A stretch of 64,000 nt of DNA from an uncultured Pseudomonadota bacterium (GCA_949297185.1 CASFRM010000001.1:19553-83552); one strand, 5' to 3'; shown: positions 9,294-20,699, counted from the first letter of the stretch. Numbers and translations are program-made. The notes: a model not told the origin generated them from the sequence alone.

Positions 9294-10200
9294 ACCTCTT
9301 ATATCAATAATAATCCCTGTCTATAATGTTGAGCAATTTTTACCCAAATGTTTGGATTCAATTTTAGACCAAACATATGATAATTTGGAAATAATATGTA
9401 TAAACGACGGCAGCACTGATAATTCCGGAAAAATTATAGCAGATTATGCCGCTTGTGATTCACGGATTGTCAACATACAACAAGAAAATTCAGGAGTTTC
9501 GGCCGCCAGAAACCGAGGTATAGAAGTATCCAAAGGTGACTATATAAGTTTTGTAGATTCCGATGATTATATTGAGCCGGATTTTTATCAGACATTAATA
9601 TCTGATTTTGATAAAGGAGTCGATGTGGTGCAATGTGGTGTTAATGTCATCAAAGGAGGGCAAATTACCAAGCAACATGTGTGTAATGATATAATTGTGC
9701 AAACAAAGTTTCAGCTATTAGACAACATAAGAAAATGTTATATCTGGAATAAATTGTGGAGAGCAGAGTTAATAAAAGATAATAAATTATACTTTTTCCC
9801 TGTCAATTTTTGTGAAGATGTGCTTTTTACAATAGAAGCTATATTTTACGCGAGAAAGTGGAAATTTATTAACTATGTAGGTTATAATTACAGATTTAAT
9901 GAAAAATCTTTAACTAACGATACATCTCGCAGAGAAAAGCATAAAATTTTTTCTCATACAATATTACAAGAAAGTGTATCATTTTTGAATAGTCAGACTA
10001 TTGATAAACAAACAAGGAATGCTTTTGATAACTTTTTAATAAGGCAGCTCATCGGGGTAGAAGACGTAAATAAAAAAGAGGACTACGAATATTATAAACA
10101 AATCTTTGGCTCAAATAAACAACTGCAAAAGAGACGTCGTAAAGCAATAATAAGAAAATTGTTAAAACTCATATTTAGTAAACATAAGTGTAAAAAATGA
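9283..10200 (+). CDS. Family 2 glycosyltransferase
   Basis: ISIIIPVYNVEQFLPKCLDSILDQTYDNLEIICINDGSTDNS plus DSDD. 11-nt overlap with the upstream gene. Confidence 0.9.
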   Translation: MENKPLISIIIPVYNVEQFLPKCLDSILDQTYDNLEIICINDGSTDNSGKIIADYAACDSRIVNIQQENSGVSAARNRGIEVSKGDYISFVDSDDYIEPDFYQTLISDFDKGVDVVQCGVNVIKGGQITKQHVCNDIIVQTKFQLLDNIRKCYIWNKLWRAELIKDNKLYFFPVNFCEDVLFTIEAIFYARKWKFINYVGYNYRFNEKSLTNDTSRREKHKIFSHTILQESVSFLNSQTIDKQTRNAFDNFLIRQLIGVEDVNKKEDYEYYKQIFGSNKQLQKRRRKAIIRKLLKLIFSKHKCKK

Positions 10201-10265
10201 TTAGTAAAGAAATGTTATTCAAGCATGAGATGTATTGCAAGTAAAAAAATAACGGAATAGATGAT

Positions 10266-11117
10266 ATGAAACCTATATTAATTCATTTACATTTATACTA
10301 TAAGGATATGTTGACAGAAATGCTTTCATATATAGGCAATATATCGAAATATGATTATGACTTGTATGTGACGGTTGTAGAATATGACAAGGATATAGAA
10401 AAACAAATCAAAGCATTTAATGATAAAGCTCATATAATTCAAGTGGCAAATAGAGGATTTGATGTTTGGCCATTTGTAAAAGTTTTGCAATGTGTCAATT
10501 TAGACGATTACTCATATGTAATAAAGATACATACCAAGCGAGACATGTTTATAGGAGCATCGGTGAATTGTCATGATGTGTCAGGTAGTGCACATCGCAA
10601 GCTTTTACTGGATTTTATGAGTAGCGAGAGTAAATTCAATAAATGTATGAAAAGTTTTAAGAAAAAGGCCAATCTTGGAATGGTATCTAATTACAGGCTT
10701 ATAGTAAGCGAAGAACCATGGAATCAAGAGTGTTATGACAATAGTGTCAAGTTTGTAGAACAGCTTGGGTATTCAAGTGCGAAGTTTGCGTATATTGCCG
10801 GAACTATGTTTATGGTAAGAGCAAAACTCCTGCACCCGCTATTAAGCCTCAATCTCAAAGAAGAGTATTTTGCACCGTCTGAAAGGGATATAAAATCATT
10901 GGCTCACGACATGGAGCGTTTTTTAGGTCATATTATTGTAGCTCAAGGATACAATATAGATGATTGTATTACACCGCCTAGCAAGAGAAAAGGTCCATAT
11001 ACTCCACCAAATCTTATATTCCGTATTCTACATTTTATATATTCTAAAAAAATAACCAAAAACAACAAGATGCTTATAAAATTTTGCAAAATTCCAATTT
11101 ATTCTAAAAAACTATAA
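10266..11117 (+). CDS. RgpF-like (rhamnan synthesis protein F family) protein
   Basis: ILIHLHLYYKDM, DYDLYVT, NRGFDVWPF and HTKRD motifs as remembered for the RgpF family. It is the intact paralog of the fragment at 7714. Confidence 0.6.
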   Translation: MKPILIHLHLYYKDMLTEMLSYIGNISKYDYDLYVTVVEYDKDIEKQIKAFNDKAHIIQVANRGFDVWPFVKVLQCVNLDDYSYVIKIHTKRDMFIGASVNCHDVSGSAHRKLLLDFMSSESKFNKCMKSFKKKANLGMVSNYRLIVSEEPWNQECYDNSVKFVEQLGYSSAKFAYIAGTMFMVRAKLLHPLLSLNLKEEYFAPSERDIKSLAHDMERFLGHIIVAQGYNIDDCITPPSKRKGPYTPPNLIFRILHFIYSKKITKNNKMLIKFCKIPIYSKKL

Positions 11118-11129
11118 GCATATCAATTA

Positions 11130-12083
11130 TCATCTCTGCTTAGATTTAACAACAAATTCGTGGTTCAAAATTTCCAATATGTTTTTTGAGCTATCGGCCC
11201 TTTTTATTTTGTAGTATTTAATTACATTACCTAATTTAAATTTACACTTTATAAAGCCAGAGAAATGTTCGAAAATATCTTTCCAACAGCTTGTGTTTTC
11301 CACTAGAAGTTGTTCATAAGACAAAGTTTTTTTCGTAATATCGTCCATGTATTTAGAGTTTTTTACGGTATTTGAATCATGCCACCGATATGAAAACAAA
11401 ATTTTATCAATATATTTGAATTTTCCTATTTTTGCCAGTTGCATCATCATATACCAATCTTCCAAAGGTGCCATATTTGTAAATGGTGGTATTTTTTTTA
11501 GAGCAGAAGATCTTATTAAATATCCATTAGGAATATAATTTCCGCGCACCAATGTTTTATATAAACCAAAATCATCAGAATTAAAGTTTACATCACAACG
11601 TCTATTCTGTAAGAAATCACCAAAAGATTTATAAACAGCTTTACTAATATCAACCGAGTTTTGTCTTTTATCCCATCCTATTACATTTCCTTCATTATCA
11701 ATAAGTTCATTATCGCCAACAGCAATTACATATTCATTATTTTGCAGTAGGAAAGATATTTCTTTTTCAATAGCATCCTGTTTTGCGATATCATCAGAAG
11801 CAATTATATAAATAAATTCTCCTTTAGCTTCTTTAAGTAAATTATTATATGTAATACATCTTCCCATATTTTTTTGGTTTTTAAATACAGTTCTAATAAA
11901 ACGCTTATCACAATCAGATTTAATTTCTTCCAATTTTTTCCATGTATTATCCGTAGATCCATCATTTATAACAATTAACTCAATATTCGCGTAAGTCTGA
12001 GCAATAACAGATTTTATTGTCTCTAAGATATAATTTTCATGGTTGTATGCAGGAATTATAACAGATACTAATTTGTTTGACAT
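11130..12083 (-). CDS. Family 2 glycosyltransferase
   Basis: VSVIIPAYNHENYILETIKSVIAQTYANIELIVINDGSTDNT plus ASDD. Confidence 0.9.
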   Translation of the reverse strand: MSNKLVSVIIPAYNHENYILETIKSVIAQTYANIELIVINDGSTDNTWKKLEEIKSDCDKRFIRTVFKNQKNMGRCITYNNLLKEAKGEFIYIIASDDIAKQDAIEKEISFLLQNNEYVIAVGDNELIDNEGNVIGWDKRQNSVDISKAVYKSFGDFLQNRRCDVNFNSDDFGLYKTLVRGNYIPNGYLIRSSALKKIPPFTNMAPLEDWYMMMQLAKIGKFKYIDKILFSYRWHDSNTVKNSKYMDDITKKTLSYEQLLVENTSCWKDIFEHFSGFIKCKFKLGNVIKYYKIKRADSSKNILEILNHEFVVKSKQR

Positions 12084-12084
12084 T

Positions 12085-12813
12085 TTATTTGCCCTTAATT
12101 TTTCTTAACATAAGTAAAAAATTATCAATCCAGATTTTTCCCAATAGCTTATACTTAAAAATTTTACTAACTTTAATATTATCCAGAAAATTCCACTCTT
12201 CATTAGTTGTTATGTAATCATTTTCATTTTCTGCACGTCTAAATTTACGAATTGTGATATTTCCAAAATTTTCAAAGGTATCAGACTTGCAATTAAACAT
12301 AATAATTTGAAAGTCTATTTTTTTATTAGGGTACATTTTACTTAAGAAGGTATTTAAGCTAAATACCGCATGACAATCAAGTTCAAATGAAGAAGAAAGT
12401 ATAAACAAAATCTTTTTAGCATATTTTACCATGTTTATTAGTCTGCAACATCTTCTTTCAAAAGTCATTTTAACTGTATCGAATCCTCCATTTTCTACAG
12501 TCTTTGTAAAATGGTTGGCAAATATGTAACCTGAATAAGAATCCAAATACTGAACTTTTTCCGGATGTGTAGGATTATCAGCTAATTTCACCAAGTTTTC
12601 TTTTAACAGGAATTTATCAAACTTAGATGGAAATCCATCAATCAGCATGTTTAACGGTTTTTCATCTTTTATGTATACCCAATCAAAAGGAAGAGAACAA
12701 AAACGTAATTTTCTGTATAATAAATTATGAGCAGCAGCACAATTTCCACCCAGAGAGCAAGCAAAATCATATTTCGAAGTATCAAAATTTTTCTTTTTAT
12801 CAATCGTAGGCAT
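12085..12813 (-). CDS. DUF1796-like protein (putative papain-like fold, glycan-locus associated)
   Basis: N-terminal [26 protein letters not shown] motif. ATG 12813 is preceded by GGAGG and overlaps the upstream gene by 14 nt. Confidence 0.55.
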   Translation of the reverse strand: MPTIDKKKNFDTSKYDFACSLGGNCAAAHNLLYRKLRFCSLPFDWVYIKDEKPLNMLIDGFPSKFDKFLLKENLVKLADNPTHPEKVQYLDSYSGYIFANHFTKTVENGGFDTVKMTFERRCCRLINMVKYAKKILFILSSSFELDCHAVFSLNTFLSKMYPNKKIDFQIIMFNCKSDTFENFGNITIRKFRRAENENDYITTNEEWNFLDNIKVSKIFKYKLLGKIWIDNFLLMLRKIKGK

Positions 12814-13888
12814 TGATAACCTCCACAACTTTTTTTACCTCTTCGTCAGTCATCACCGGAGACATTGGCAGAGATATTATGGTATTATGAATTTCTTCTG
12901 TAATAGGTAAAGATAGATTATTCCACTCTGAATAGGCCTCTTGTTTATGAGGCGGAGTAGGGTAATGGATAAGTGTTTGAACAGCGTTATCGGTCAAATA
13001 TTGTTGAAACTCGTTTCTGTTTTGTGTGCGTACGGCAAAAATATGCCATACATGAGCTTTTTCATCATATACCTGCGGCAAGATGATTTTAGGATTAGTT
13101 ATATTTTCACGATAATATTTGGCAATTTCGCGACGGCGATTGTTGTCATCATCAAGATGAGGGAGCTTTACATCTAAAACTGCAGCCTGAATTTCATCAA
13201 GACGAGAGTTCAACCCTTTATAAATATGGTGATATTTTCTATCAGAGCCGTAATTAGCCAATGCTTTAATCTTATTGTAAATTTCTTCATTATTAGTTGT
13301 TACGGCACCACCATCTCCCATACATCCGAGATTTTTTCCTGGATAAAAAGAAAAAGCGGCCGCATCGGATAAATTTCCGGTTCTTTTTCCTTGATAGATT
13401 GCCCCGTGACCCTGAGCAGCATCTTCAAAGACTTTCAAGTTATATTTCTTTGCCAAATCCCAAATTTTTTGCATTTGTACTGCTTGCCCATAGAGGTGGA
13501 CAACCATAATCGCTTTGGTTTTTGGAGTAATTTTTTCTTCAATCAGATCAGGATTAATATTATATGTCTTTATATCTGGTTCCACCAAAACCGGAGTGCA
13601 TCCATTATCAGTAATTGCTAAAATAGTTGCAATATATGTATTTGCCGGAACTATTATTTCATCACCTTTACCAAAACCATATGCTCTTATAATCAAACGC
13701 AGAGCATCCAAACCATTGGCAACACCTAAGGCAAACTTAGTTCCGCAATATTTTGCAAAGTTTGTTGCAAAATTGTCATTTTCATTACCTTGTAGGTACC
13801 AACCTTTATCAAGAACAGTTTTAACTCTGTTATCAATTTCTGTTCTAAAACGGTTGTTCACTTTTTCCAAATCTAAAAATTTAATCAT
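12800..13888 (-). CDS. DegT/DnrJ/EryC1/StrS-family aminotransferase, likely dTDP-3-keto-6-deoxyhexose 3-aminotransferase (FdtB/QdtB-like)
   Basis: [23 protein letters not shown], and the PLP-lysine context [13 protein letters not shown] 13888 is preceded by GAGG. fdtA/fdtC-like genes lie at 18829-19656. Confidence 0.85.
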   Translation of the reverse strand: MIKFLDLEKVNNRFRTEIDNRVKTVLDKGWYLQGNENDNFATNFAKYCGTKFALGVANGLDALRLIIRAYGFGKGDEIIVPANTYIATILAITDNGCTPVLVEPDIKTYNINPDLIEEKITPKTKAIMVVHLYGQAVQMQKIWDLAKKYNLKVFEDAAQGHGAIYQGKRTGNLSDAAAFSFYPGKNLGCMGDGGAVTTNNEEIYNKIKALANYGSDRKYHHIYKGLNSRLDEIQAAVLDVKLPHLDDDNNRRREIAKYYRENITNPKIILPQVYDEKAHVWHIFAVRTQNRNEFQQYLTDNAVQTLIHYPTPPHKQEAYSEWNNLSLPITEEIHNTIISLPMSPVMTDEEVKKVVEVINAYD

Positions 13889-13896
13889 GATAAACC

Positions 13897-14892
13897 TCAC
13901 ATCCACATAAATTTGATTAGAGATAATAACAAAACTAGCGATATCACTAAAAACAAAATAAACAATATTTTATATTTCCTTATTTTTTTCTTATCTTTAG
14001 AAACAATATTTTTATTTTTTTTGAAAATATGTGTTTTTTCAAGATTTAGAAAGTCAAATATTGTCCACCAAACTTCAGAATATGATGGATTTCCATTCCA
14101 AGGTTTGTTGGCTGCATAATGTATTATTTTAGGATTTATAATTGAATCAAAAAGCTCAGCCTTTGAATAATGACTAACAAAATCGGGCTTTCTTATCATA
14201 TCAAGCATATATGGATACGCAATATAATTTAGCGGAATAAACCCAACGTTCCCATTGCAAGCAATGTTCATTATGTCTTGATCTGGCCATTTTTTTACAA
14301 TATTGTCATCCTTAATTATTTCGAACATTTTCTGTTCAATATTGTCTTGTCTAATTTTTTTCAGGTTCATAACCCATATTCCGCCGCCTATGTATGAATC
14401 CTTGCAAATATCATAAACATTACTTGGTAGATGAGATAATTCTTCAGGTAAATATTTCATAAATGGACTTCTAACACCTAATATGTAATGTTCACCAATA
14501 TCCATATCAAATAACGGAGATATATCATCGACAACTACAATATCTACATCGGAGTATATAATTTTATCAAACTGCGGGAAAAATTTAGTTGCAAAACATC
14601 TGACTATAGTATCGGAAGTAAACTTCGATCCGCTACTTCCTTTTGAAAAATTATCATTTTTCCAAAATTTCTCCCCAAAATTTCCTACATTAATAAATGT
14701 TAAACGGCCATTTTCGCATTTATTAATGATCTCTTTTAATAAATTTTGTCTGGGCTCTGTAATATCAGGGTGCAAGACATACATATCGTAATATATATCT
14801 TTTTTAGCCTTGTTGAGAAGTGAAAAAAACGCTACGGCAGCAGGTTCCACATAATCATTATTAAATGAAAAAAAGATAGGAATAGTCTTCAT
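13897..14892 (-). CDS. Family 8 glycosyltransferase with C-terminal membrane anchor
   Basis: YSDVDIVV (DxD), [26 protein letters not shown]. The C-terminus is [31 protein letters not shown]. Confidence 0.88.
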   Translation of the reverse strand: MKTIPIFFSFNNDYVEPAAVAFFSLLNKAKKDIYYDMYVLHPDITEPRQNLLKEIINKCENGRLTFINVGNFGEKFWKNDNFSKGSSGSKFTSDTIVRCFATKFFPQFDKIIYSDVDIVVVDDISPLFDMDIGEHYILGVRSPFMKYLPEELSHLPSNVYDICKDSYIGGGIWVMNLKKIRQDNIEQKMFEIIKDDNIVKKWPDQDIMNIACNGNVGFIPLNYIAYPYMLDMIRKPDFVSHYSKAELFDSIINPKIIHYAANKPWNGNPSYSEVWWTIFDFLNLEKTHIFKKNKNIVSKDKKKIRKYKILFILFLVISLVLLLSLIKFMWM

Positions 14893-14898
14893 CAGATA

Positions 14899-15969
14899 TC
14901 ACCAAACTATAAAAAGGAACAACATAGTTAATAACAAAACACACAATATAAAAGAAATTATTTTATATTTTAGGTATTTTTTGCGCACTTTTTTTAATGG
15001 TTTCGTATCATATAGTACGATATCATTAACCAAATTTATAACATTTTTAAACTGTACACCATATAAGTCATACAATTTTTTTCTATTATTGTTTTCAGAA
15101 TAAAATTTAATAAGCAATCTATATCCCCAAGATTGTTTATTAAAATCGTCAGAAGTAAGAGCTATTCTAGCTAAAAAATATGGTATTGTTTCGACAACCG
15201 GTTCTCCATATTGTTCATAATGATCTTTGAAAATACTCTTAAATACAGAAACATCTTTAATATTTAAAAAAGTATTCAACAGTATATCCGTTTCAAGAGC
15301 CTCTCTTTTAAATACATTGCTTGATCTCGCACTTGCTCCATTAGGTGAAACTCTATAAAAGATTAATTCCCTTTCATCTAAAAATATATTTGTGCGCAAC
15401 ATTAGGTCATTATGCAAGGCCCAATCAGAGTATTGAATAATCCCAGAGGGAAGAGGAAGTAATTTTTTTACTATATTAGTTCGCATAGCCATTCCGGGAG
15501 ATGGCACCTGATTAACACCGATAAAAGAATCTCTCAATATTTCGTATCTATTTTTCTTGATCGGAAGATGAATATATTCTCCTAAAGATTTTCCCTCAGC
15601 ATCTATTTTTTTAAGGGTTACATAAACAACACCAACATCGTGTTTATCAAAGTCTTCCAAAATAGCAGCAACATAGTCAGGAGATAACATATCATCGGAC
15701 GCAATCGTACAAACGACATCTCCAACAGCCTCTTCAATGCCGTCAGAAATGGTGGCATTTATTCCTTGATTCCAGCTATGCTTAATAATTTTAATTCTTC
15801 TATCGTCATATTTTAATAGCTTTTCAATGGTTGCATCGTTAGAACAATCATCAACTATAATTAATTCAAAATTTTTCTCTGTTTGAGCAAAAACACTGGC
15901 CATGAAGTCGTCAATATATTTTTCATGGTTATAACAGGGAGTGACAATCGATAATTTAGGTTTATTCAT
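14899..15969 (-). CDS. Family 2 glycosyltransferase with C-terminal membrane anchor
   Basis: LSIVTPCYNHEKYIDDFMASVFAQTEKNFELIIVDDCSNDAT plus ASDD. C-terminal segment IISFILCVLLLTMLFLFIVW. Confidence 0.88.
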   Translation of the reverse strand: MNKPKLSIVTPCYNHEKYIDDFMASVFAQTEKNFELIIVDDCSNDATIEKLLKYDDRRIKIIKHSWNQGINATISDGIEEAVGDVVCTIASDDMLSPDYVAAILEDFDKHDVGVVYVTLKKIDAEGKSLGEYIHLPIKKNRYEILRDSFIGVNQVPSPGMAMRTNIVKKLLPLPSGIIQYSDWALHNDLMLRTNIFLDERELIFYRVSPNGASARSSNVFKREALETDILLNTFLNIKDVSVFKSIFKDHYEQYGEPVVETIPYFLARIALTSDDFNKQSWGYRLLIKFYSENNNRKKLYDLYGVQFKNVINLVNDIVLYDTKPLKKVRKKYLKYKIISFILCVLLLTMLFLFIVW

Positions 15970-16946
15970 TTTAAATATTCCTCATACATCCAATCAGCAA
16001 TATTACGATACTTTTGTACTCGTTCGTAGTTATCTTTTATAGCATTTATGCGTCCATAATAATCTTCATCGGAACATTGTAACAAGACAGAACGTATATC
16101 ACTTGTTTGAGAAATTTTAATAATACCATCTGGATTGAAAAAATTGTCTATTTCTGTAGCCCCGAGGTATATAGGGACTGTCATAGATGCAAAACAATTT
16201 GTTAATTTTTCAGTAAAAAATAATGGCGATATTTCATTTTCAATCACAATAGAGTATTTATAGTCAGCCAAACTTTCAGAAATAGGGGCGTAATCTCCTC
16301 CGTCAAATGTTCCGAAAGTATCAGCTAAATTAAATCTTTTACATTCACGTGCCAATTCAATACGAAATTTATGTAAGTCGCAATATTCCTTATCAGATGA
16401 AACAATAGAAACATTTTTATTTTTTTTAGTATATTGTGAATCAGACAAAACTCCACCACCGACTAATGAACCATACCAAAGGTTGGCACACCATGGGACA
16501 AACCGTGCATTGCTTATTTCATTTAGCGTCTTATAATCATGGGTAAATATCAAATCGAAGTCATTATTTAACCCTTTATGTTTTTCAAATATCTCATAAT
16601 CATTTGGAACAATTGATTTTGACTCAATCAATAAACCATATCTTTTTACAGGAAAACCCATTGTCTCTAACATTGCATGGTGAGAGTAAAAATGAGTTTT
16701 TAGGTTGATATTGTATCTGTCAAATAAAAATTTTGTAGGGATACTGCCTAGAGCGTACGGATTATGAGCACTAACAGCATCTCTGATAAAAAATATTTCT
16801 AATTTTTCACCAATAGTATTATATAAATCCGGAATGTTATCATTTATTTTTGCGTATAAATTATAATACGGATTATACAACCTGCCATAATATGCGCTTA
16901 TCATATTTTTATTTTTTTTCATAAATATTTTTTTTAAATTCATCAT
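15966..16946 (-). CDS. GT10-like (fucosyltransferase-fold) glycosyltransferase
   Basis: YKYSIVIENEISPLFFTEKLTNCFASMTVPIYLGATEIDNFFNPDGII aligns by eye with the Helicobacter FucT core (FNLCFEN...YVTEK...IPIYWG...FNP). There are several in-frame Met codons and two A8 tracts at the 5' end. Confidence 0.6.
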   Translation of the reverse strand: MMNLKKIFMKKNKNMISAYYGRLYNPYYNLYAKINDNIPDLYNTIGEKLEIFFIRDAVSAHNPYALGSIPTKFLFDRYNINLKTHFYSHHAMLETMGFPVKRYGLLIESKSIVPNDYEIFEKHKGLNNDFDLIFTHDYKTLNEISNARFVPWCANLWYGSLVGGGVLSDSQYTKKNKNVSIVSSDKEYCDLHKFRIELARECKRFNLADTFGTFDGGDYAPISESLADYKYSIVIENEISPLFFTEKLTNCFASMTVPIYLGATEIDNFFNPDGIIKISQTSDIRSVLLQCSDEDYYGRINAIKDNYERVQKYRNIADWMYEEYLK

Positions 16947-17878
16947 ATAATCTTTCGTACTAATCTAAAAAAAGAAGAAAATTCTCTATATTTGACCGAG
17001 TACCCTATTAACTGACAATAGGCACCTCTTAGCAAAAGCTTCATGTATTCATATTGTTCGAATGTAACATTAAAAGTACCATCTTTTAATAGTTTGAACC
17101 AAGAAAAATAATTGGCTTTGATATCACGAATCCTTTGTCTAATACAGGATATTGGTAATTTATTTTTTATTCCAAGCTCTAAAAGCATTAAATCCGTAGT
17201 CATCACCTCAATAGTAAACCATTTTAGAGTTTTAGTAATAGCTCCATCATTGTCTTGTCTGTAGTAGAAATTAGTATCAGCAAATGCAATTTTATTGCTA
17301 TACAAGAAGCTTTTGCGTGTATAATACTCACAACTGTTATAGTAATCGGCCTTAGTTCCTACTTTTTTTACAAGTTCCATTTTTCTGAGCACAAAGCCAT
17401 GAACTTGCCAATTTAAGCTCAGTTCAAAAGCCTTTTCCGGAGACAAAAAAGATGCATAGTTGTTATCTATTGGATATGCCAAAGCTTTTTTATTTTCTTT
17501 ACCCTCATAATACAATACCATATTGGGCATAACAACATCAGCACCTGTACCTATAGATTTATTTATGCATTTTTCCAAGCAATCATCATCCATAAAATCA
17601 TCTTGTGAAAGGAAAAAGTAGTATTCACCTTTACAAAAATTTAATCCATATTCTTGTCCTTTTATTGAGGTTCCTCCTTTCACAGGCATTTTCAATAAGA
17701 TAACCCTGTTATCTTCTTTAGCAAACTTCTCCAACAAAGCAAAAGAATCATCTGTAGAAAAATCATCTACAAATATAGCCTCAAAATTACTATATGTTTG
17801 CCTCTTAATACAATTTATCAAATCTGGTATATATTTTGCGCCGTTGTAAATTGGGATAACAATTGAAATTAGATTCAT
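16943..17878 (-). CDS. Family 2 glycosyltransferase
   Basis: ISIVIPIYNGAKYIPDLINCIKRQTYSNFEAIFVDDFSTDDS plus SQDD. Confidence 0.88.
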   Translation of the reverse strand: MNLISIVIPIYNGAKYIPDLINCIKRQTYSNFEAIFVDDFSTDDSFALLEKFAKEDNRVILLKMPVKGGTSIKGQEYGLNFCKGEYYFFLSQDDFMDDDCLEKCINKSIGTGADVVMPNMVLYYEGKENKKALAYPIDNNYASFLSPEKAFELSLNWQVHGFVLRKMELVKKVGTKADYYNSCEYYTRKSFLYSNKIAFADTNFYYRQDNDGAITKTLKWFTIEVMTTDLMLLELGIKNKLPISCIRQRIRDIKANYFSWFKLLKDGTFNVTFEQYEYMKLLLRGAYCQLIGYSVKYREFSSFFRLVRKII

Positions 17879-17879
17879 A

Positions 17880-18716
17880 TTACTTCTTCCTTGCCATAAT
17901 TAAATCAAGTTTTGTTCTATCACCATATATACAAGGAGAATCATACGCTCTTGACGGGAATTTTCCATAGTCTGGTTTTATAGATAAATTATTTTTTTCA
18001 ATATACTTGGCTACCATGTCTTTAATGGCAATTGGTTTACCCGAACAAACATTTACAATACCATCAACATCTTTTTGACTAATAACGGCAACAACATATT
18101 TTGCAAGTTGATGTATTTCTGTATAATCAAACATGTTTTTACCATCTGTGAAAGGGAAACTGTCTTTTCCTTCTTTTTCTAATTGTAATATTTTCTTAAA
18201 AACAGAACCGGAACTTTGTTCGTCATCACCATAAGTATAAAAAAATCTTAAATGTTGATACACGGCATTTTTATCGTTAAAATAAACTTCCAGTAATTGT
18301 CTGAGAGTATTTTTTGCAATTCCATAATATGTTGTAGGATTGGTCTCAACATTTTCAGCAACTTTTCCAACATAATATCCAATGTCGTGCATAGAACCAA
18401 CCGTAACAATATGGTGTATGCCATTTTCATACATGTTTTTTATAAAATCAAAATTTTTTTGAATTGATAATATGTGATATTCAGAATTGTGGACAGCAAC
18501 ATCTTTACAAGCAAAATGCAATAAGACATCCGGTACATCATTTTTATTCCAGAAATCGTTACTCATAGCATAAATATCAGTATTAACAAATATTGCTCTT
18601 TTATCAATATTAGCATTATTTAAGTCAATAGCAATAACGCTATTACCACCATCCAATAATTCTGTTACTACATGACTTCCAATATATCCATTAGCACCGG
18701 TTACACAAACTTTCAT
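17880..18716 (-). CDS. NAD-dependent sugar epimerase/reductase (extended SDR); possible substitute for the missing rmlD
   Basis: VTGANGYIGSH Rossmann motif and YYGIAKNTL (YxxxK). ATG 18716 with GGAGAG 7 nt upstream is preferred over the TTG at 18734. Confidence 0.75.
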   Translation of the reverse strand: MKVCVTGANGYIGSHVVTELLDGGNSVIAIDLNNANIDKRAIFVNTDIYAMSNDFWNKNDVPDVLLHFACKDVAVHNSEYHILSIQKNFDFIKNMYENGIHHIVTVGSMHDIGYYVGKVAENVETNPTTYYGIAKNTLRQLLEVYFNDKNAVYQHLRFFYTYGDDEQSSGSVFKKILQLEKEGKDSFPFTDGKNMFDYTEIHQLAKYVVAVISQKDVDGIVNVCSGKPIAIKDMVAKYIEKNNLSIKPDYGKFPSRAYDSPCIYGDRTKLDLIMARKK

Positions 18717-18828
18717 TAATACACTCTCCTGCAATTATTTTTTGTAATTTTAAAATACTTATTCATCTTTCCAGATTCCAAAATTTAATCACTTAAAAGT
18801 TCCCTTCAATTTGTAAATGAGATATAAA

Positions 18829-19260
18829 TTATACTTTTCCTTTAACAATTTTTCCTGCCGCAACATCTTTGGTCACGATGGCACCAGCTCCAATCAGTGT
18901 ATTTTCACCTATTGTAACTCCGGGAAGGATTGTTGCATTGGCTCCTATGCTGGCACCTCGTTTTATTAGAATGGGTTCTAATTTAAAATTTTTGTTTTTT
19001 GATTTAGGATAACGATCATTACAAAATGCTACATTTGGACCAATAAAAACATCATTTTCGATGACAATTCCATCATATAACGAAACTCCGTTCTTTATGG
19101 TAACATTATCTCCGATTGTCACATTATTTTCTATAAAACAATGCGAACATATATTACAATTTTTTCCGATTTTGGCGTCTTTTAAAACAACACAAAATTG
19201 CCAGATATTCGTTCCTTCTCCAATATTTGTACTTAGTACATCTGACATCATATGAATCAT
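18829..19260 (-). CDS. Left-handed beta-helix acetyltransferase (FdtC/QdtC-like)
   Basis: Hexapeptide repeats [49 protein letters not shown]. Lies directly downstream of the fdtA-like gene. Confidence 0.8.
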   Translation of the reverse strand: MIHMMSDVLSTNIGEGTNIWQFCVVLKDAKIGKNCNICSHCFIENNVTIGDNVTIKNGVSLYDGIVIENDVFIGPNVAFCNDRYPKSKNKNFKLEPILIKRGASIGANATILPGVTIGENTLIGAGAIVTKDVAAGKIVKGKV

Positions 19261-19656
19261 CTATTTTATTTCCTTTCTAAATGTTTCATATTCCCTTATA
19301 TAATCAGCTTCATCATAATGTTCCGAAGCCAAGACCATAATCACACAATCAGGGCTGAAATTGGTAAACTCCCGCCATATATTATGCTTAATATACAATC
19401 CCTTTGCCGGGTTATCAAGGTGAATTGACTGTCGTTCTTGTCCGTCATCTAATATAAAATCGCAAGAACCTGAAACGCAAACAATAACTTGCTCAAGTTT
19501 TAGGTGAGCGTGTTTTCCTCTTATAATATCTCTTTTTGTTCCCCAAATATAGTAGACGCGTTTTATATCAAAAGGAATGTTTTGTTTTGACTCCAGAGCA
19601 ACTAAATTGCCATCATGATTCCCATGGATGTTAAAATCCAGCAGTTCATATTTCAT
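19261..19656 (-). CDS. dTDP-4-keto-6-deoxyglucose 3,4-ketoisomerase (FdtA/QdtA-like cupin)
   Basis: NIPFDIKRVYYIWGTKRDIIRGKHAHLKLEQVIVCVSGSC...DCVIMVLASEHYDEADYIREYETF closely matches the FdtA pattern as remembered. ATG 19656 overlaps the rmlB stop (ATGA). Confidence 0.85.
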   Translation of the reverse strand: MKYELLDFNIHGNHDGNLVALESKQNIPFDIKRVYYIWGTKRDIIRGKHAHLKLEQVIVCVSGSCDFILDDGQERQSIHLDNPAKGLYIKHNIWREFTNFSPDCVIMVLASEHYDEADYIREYETFRKEIK

Positions 19657-20657
19657 TTCAAATACCACTCCACAGTTTTAACAATTCCGGTATCAAAAGT
19701 TTCTTGAGCCTTCCATCCAAGATCTTTTTCAAGTTTACTTGCGTCTATGGCATAACGTTTGTCGTGTCCGGCCCTGTCTTTTACAAAAGTTATTAATTCT
19801 GCATATTTGCCGTTTTTTCTGGGGTGTTTCTCATCCAATATCTTGCAAATTGTACGCACAATTTCCAAGTTGTTGCGTTCGTTTCTGCCGCCGACATTAT
19901 AGGTTTCTCCTGCTTTCCCGTTATGATAAATTAAATCTATAGCTTTGCAGTGATCCAGTACATAGAGCCAATCACGGATATTCTTGCCGTCTCCGTAAAT
20001 CGGGATAGCCTTTTCTGCTAAACAGTTGCTTATTATTTTAGGAATAAGTTTTTCGGGATGTTGTTTCGGACCATAGTTGTTAGAACAATTTGATGTAGTA
20101 ACATTCATGCCGAAAGTATGAAAATACGCTCTGACCAAAAAGTCCGAACTTGCCTTGCTGGCGGAGTAGGGGGAGTTTGGTGCATAAGGCGTTGTTTCTT
20201 CAAAAAGTCCTTCATCGCCGAGTGTTCCGTATACTTCATCGGTAGATATATGATGAAAACGGCAGTTTTCAAAACCTTCTTTATATTGGTTTGGCGCAGA
20301 CAACCAGTGTTTGCGTGCTGTTTCTAACAGATTAAAAGTGCCCAAAATATTTGTCTCAATAAAAGGACGCGGACCTGTAATCGAATTGTCGACATGACTT
20401 TCGGCCGCAAAATGAATTACCCCTCTGATATCGTATTGTTCAAAGAGCTTTTCAAGCAAAGCTACATCACAAATGTCCCCTTGCACAAAGGTATAATTAT
20501 CCATATCCGTGCATTCTCTTAGATTATCTAAATTTCCGGCATATGTTAACTTATCCAAATTAACGACATGATAATCAGGGTATTTTTGGCAAAAGTACGG
20601 TACAAAATTTGAACCAATAAATCCGGCCCCACCGGTAATCAGAATTGTTTTATTCAT
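19653..20657 (-). CDS. rfbB: dTDP-glucose 4,6-dehydratase
   Basis: ILITGGAGFIGSN, HISTDEVYG, YSASKASSD; 334 aa. Confidence 0.95.
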   Translation of the reverse strand: MNKTILITGGAGFIGSNFVPYFCQKYPDYHVVNLDKLTYAGNLDNLRECTDMDNYTFVQGDICDVALLEKLFEQYDIRGVIHFAAESHVDNSITGPRPFIETNILGTFNLLETARKHWLSAPNQYKEGFENCRFHHISTDEVYGTLGDEGLFEETTPYAPNSPYSASKASSDFLVRAYFHTFGMNVTTSNCSNNYGPKQHPEKLIPKIISNCLAEKAIPIYGDGKNIRDWLYVLDHCKAIDLIYHNGKAGETYNVGGRNERNNLEIVRTICKILDEKHPRKNGKYAELITFVKDRAGHDKRYAIDASKLEKDLGWKAQETFDTGIVKTVEWYLK

Positions 20658-20699
20658 TTTACAAACCTTTTTCTTATCGAAACAAATGATAATACGACA

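Noticed and set aside
13515-13910. 131-aa plus-strand ORF and neighbours (13297-13621) inside the aminotransferase gene
   Set aside because: They are antisense to a DegT-family gene with intact PLP-lysine and other motifs, and have no independent support.
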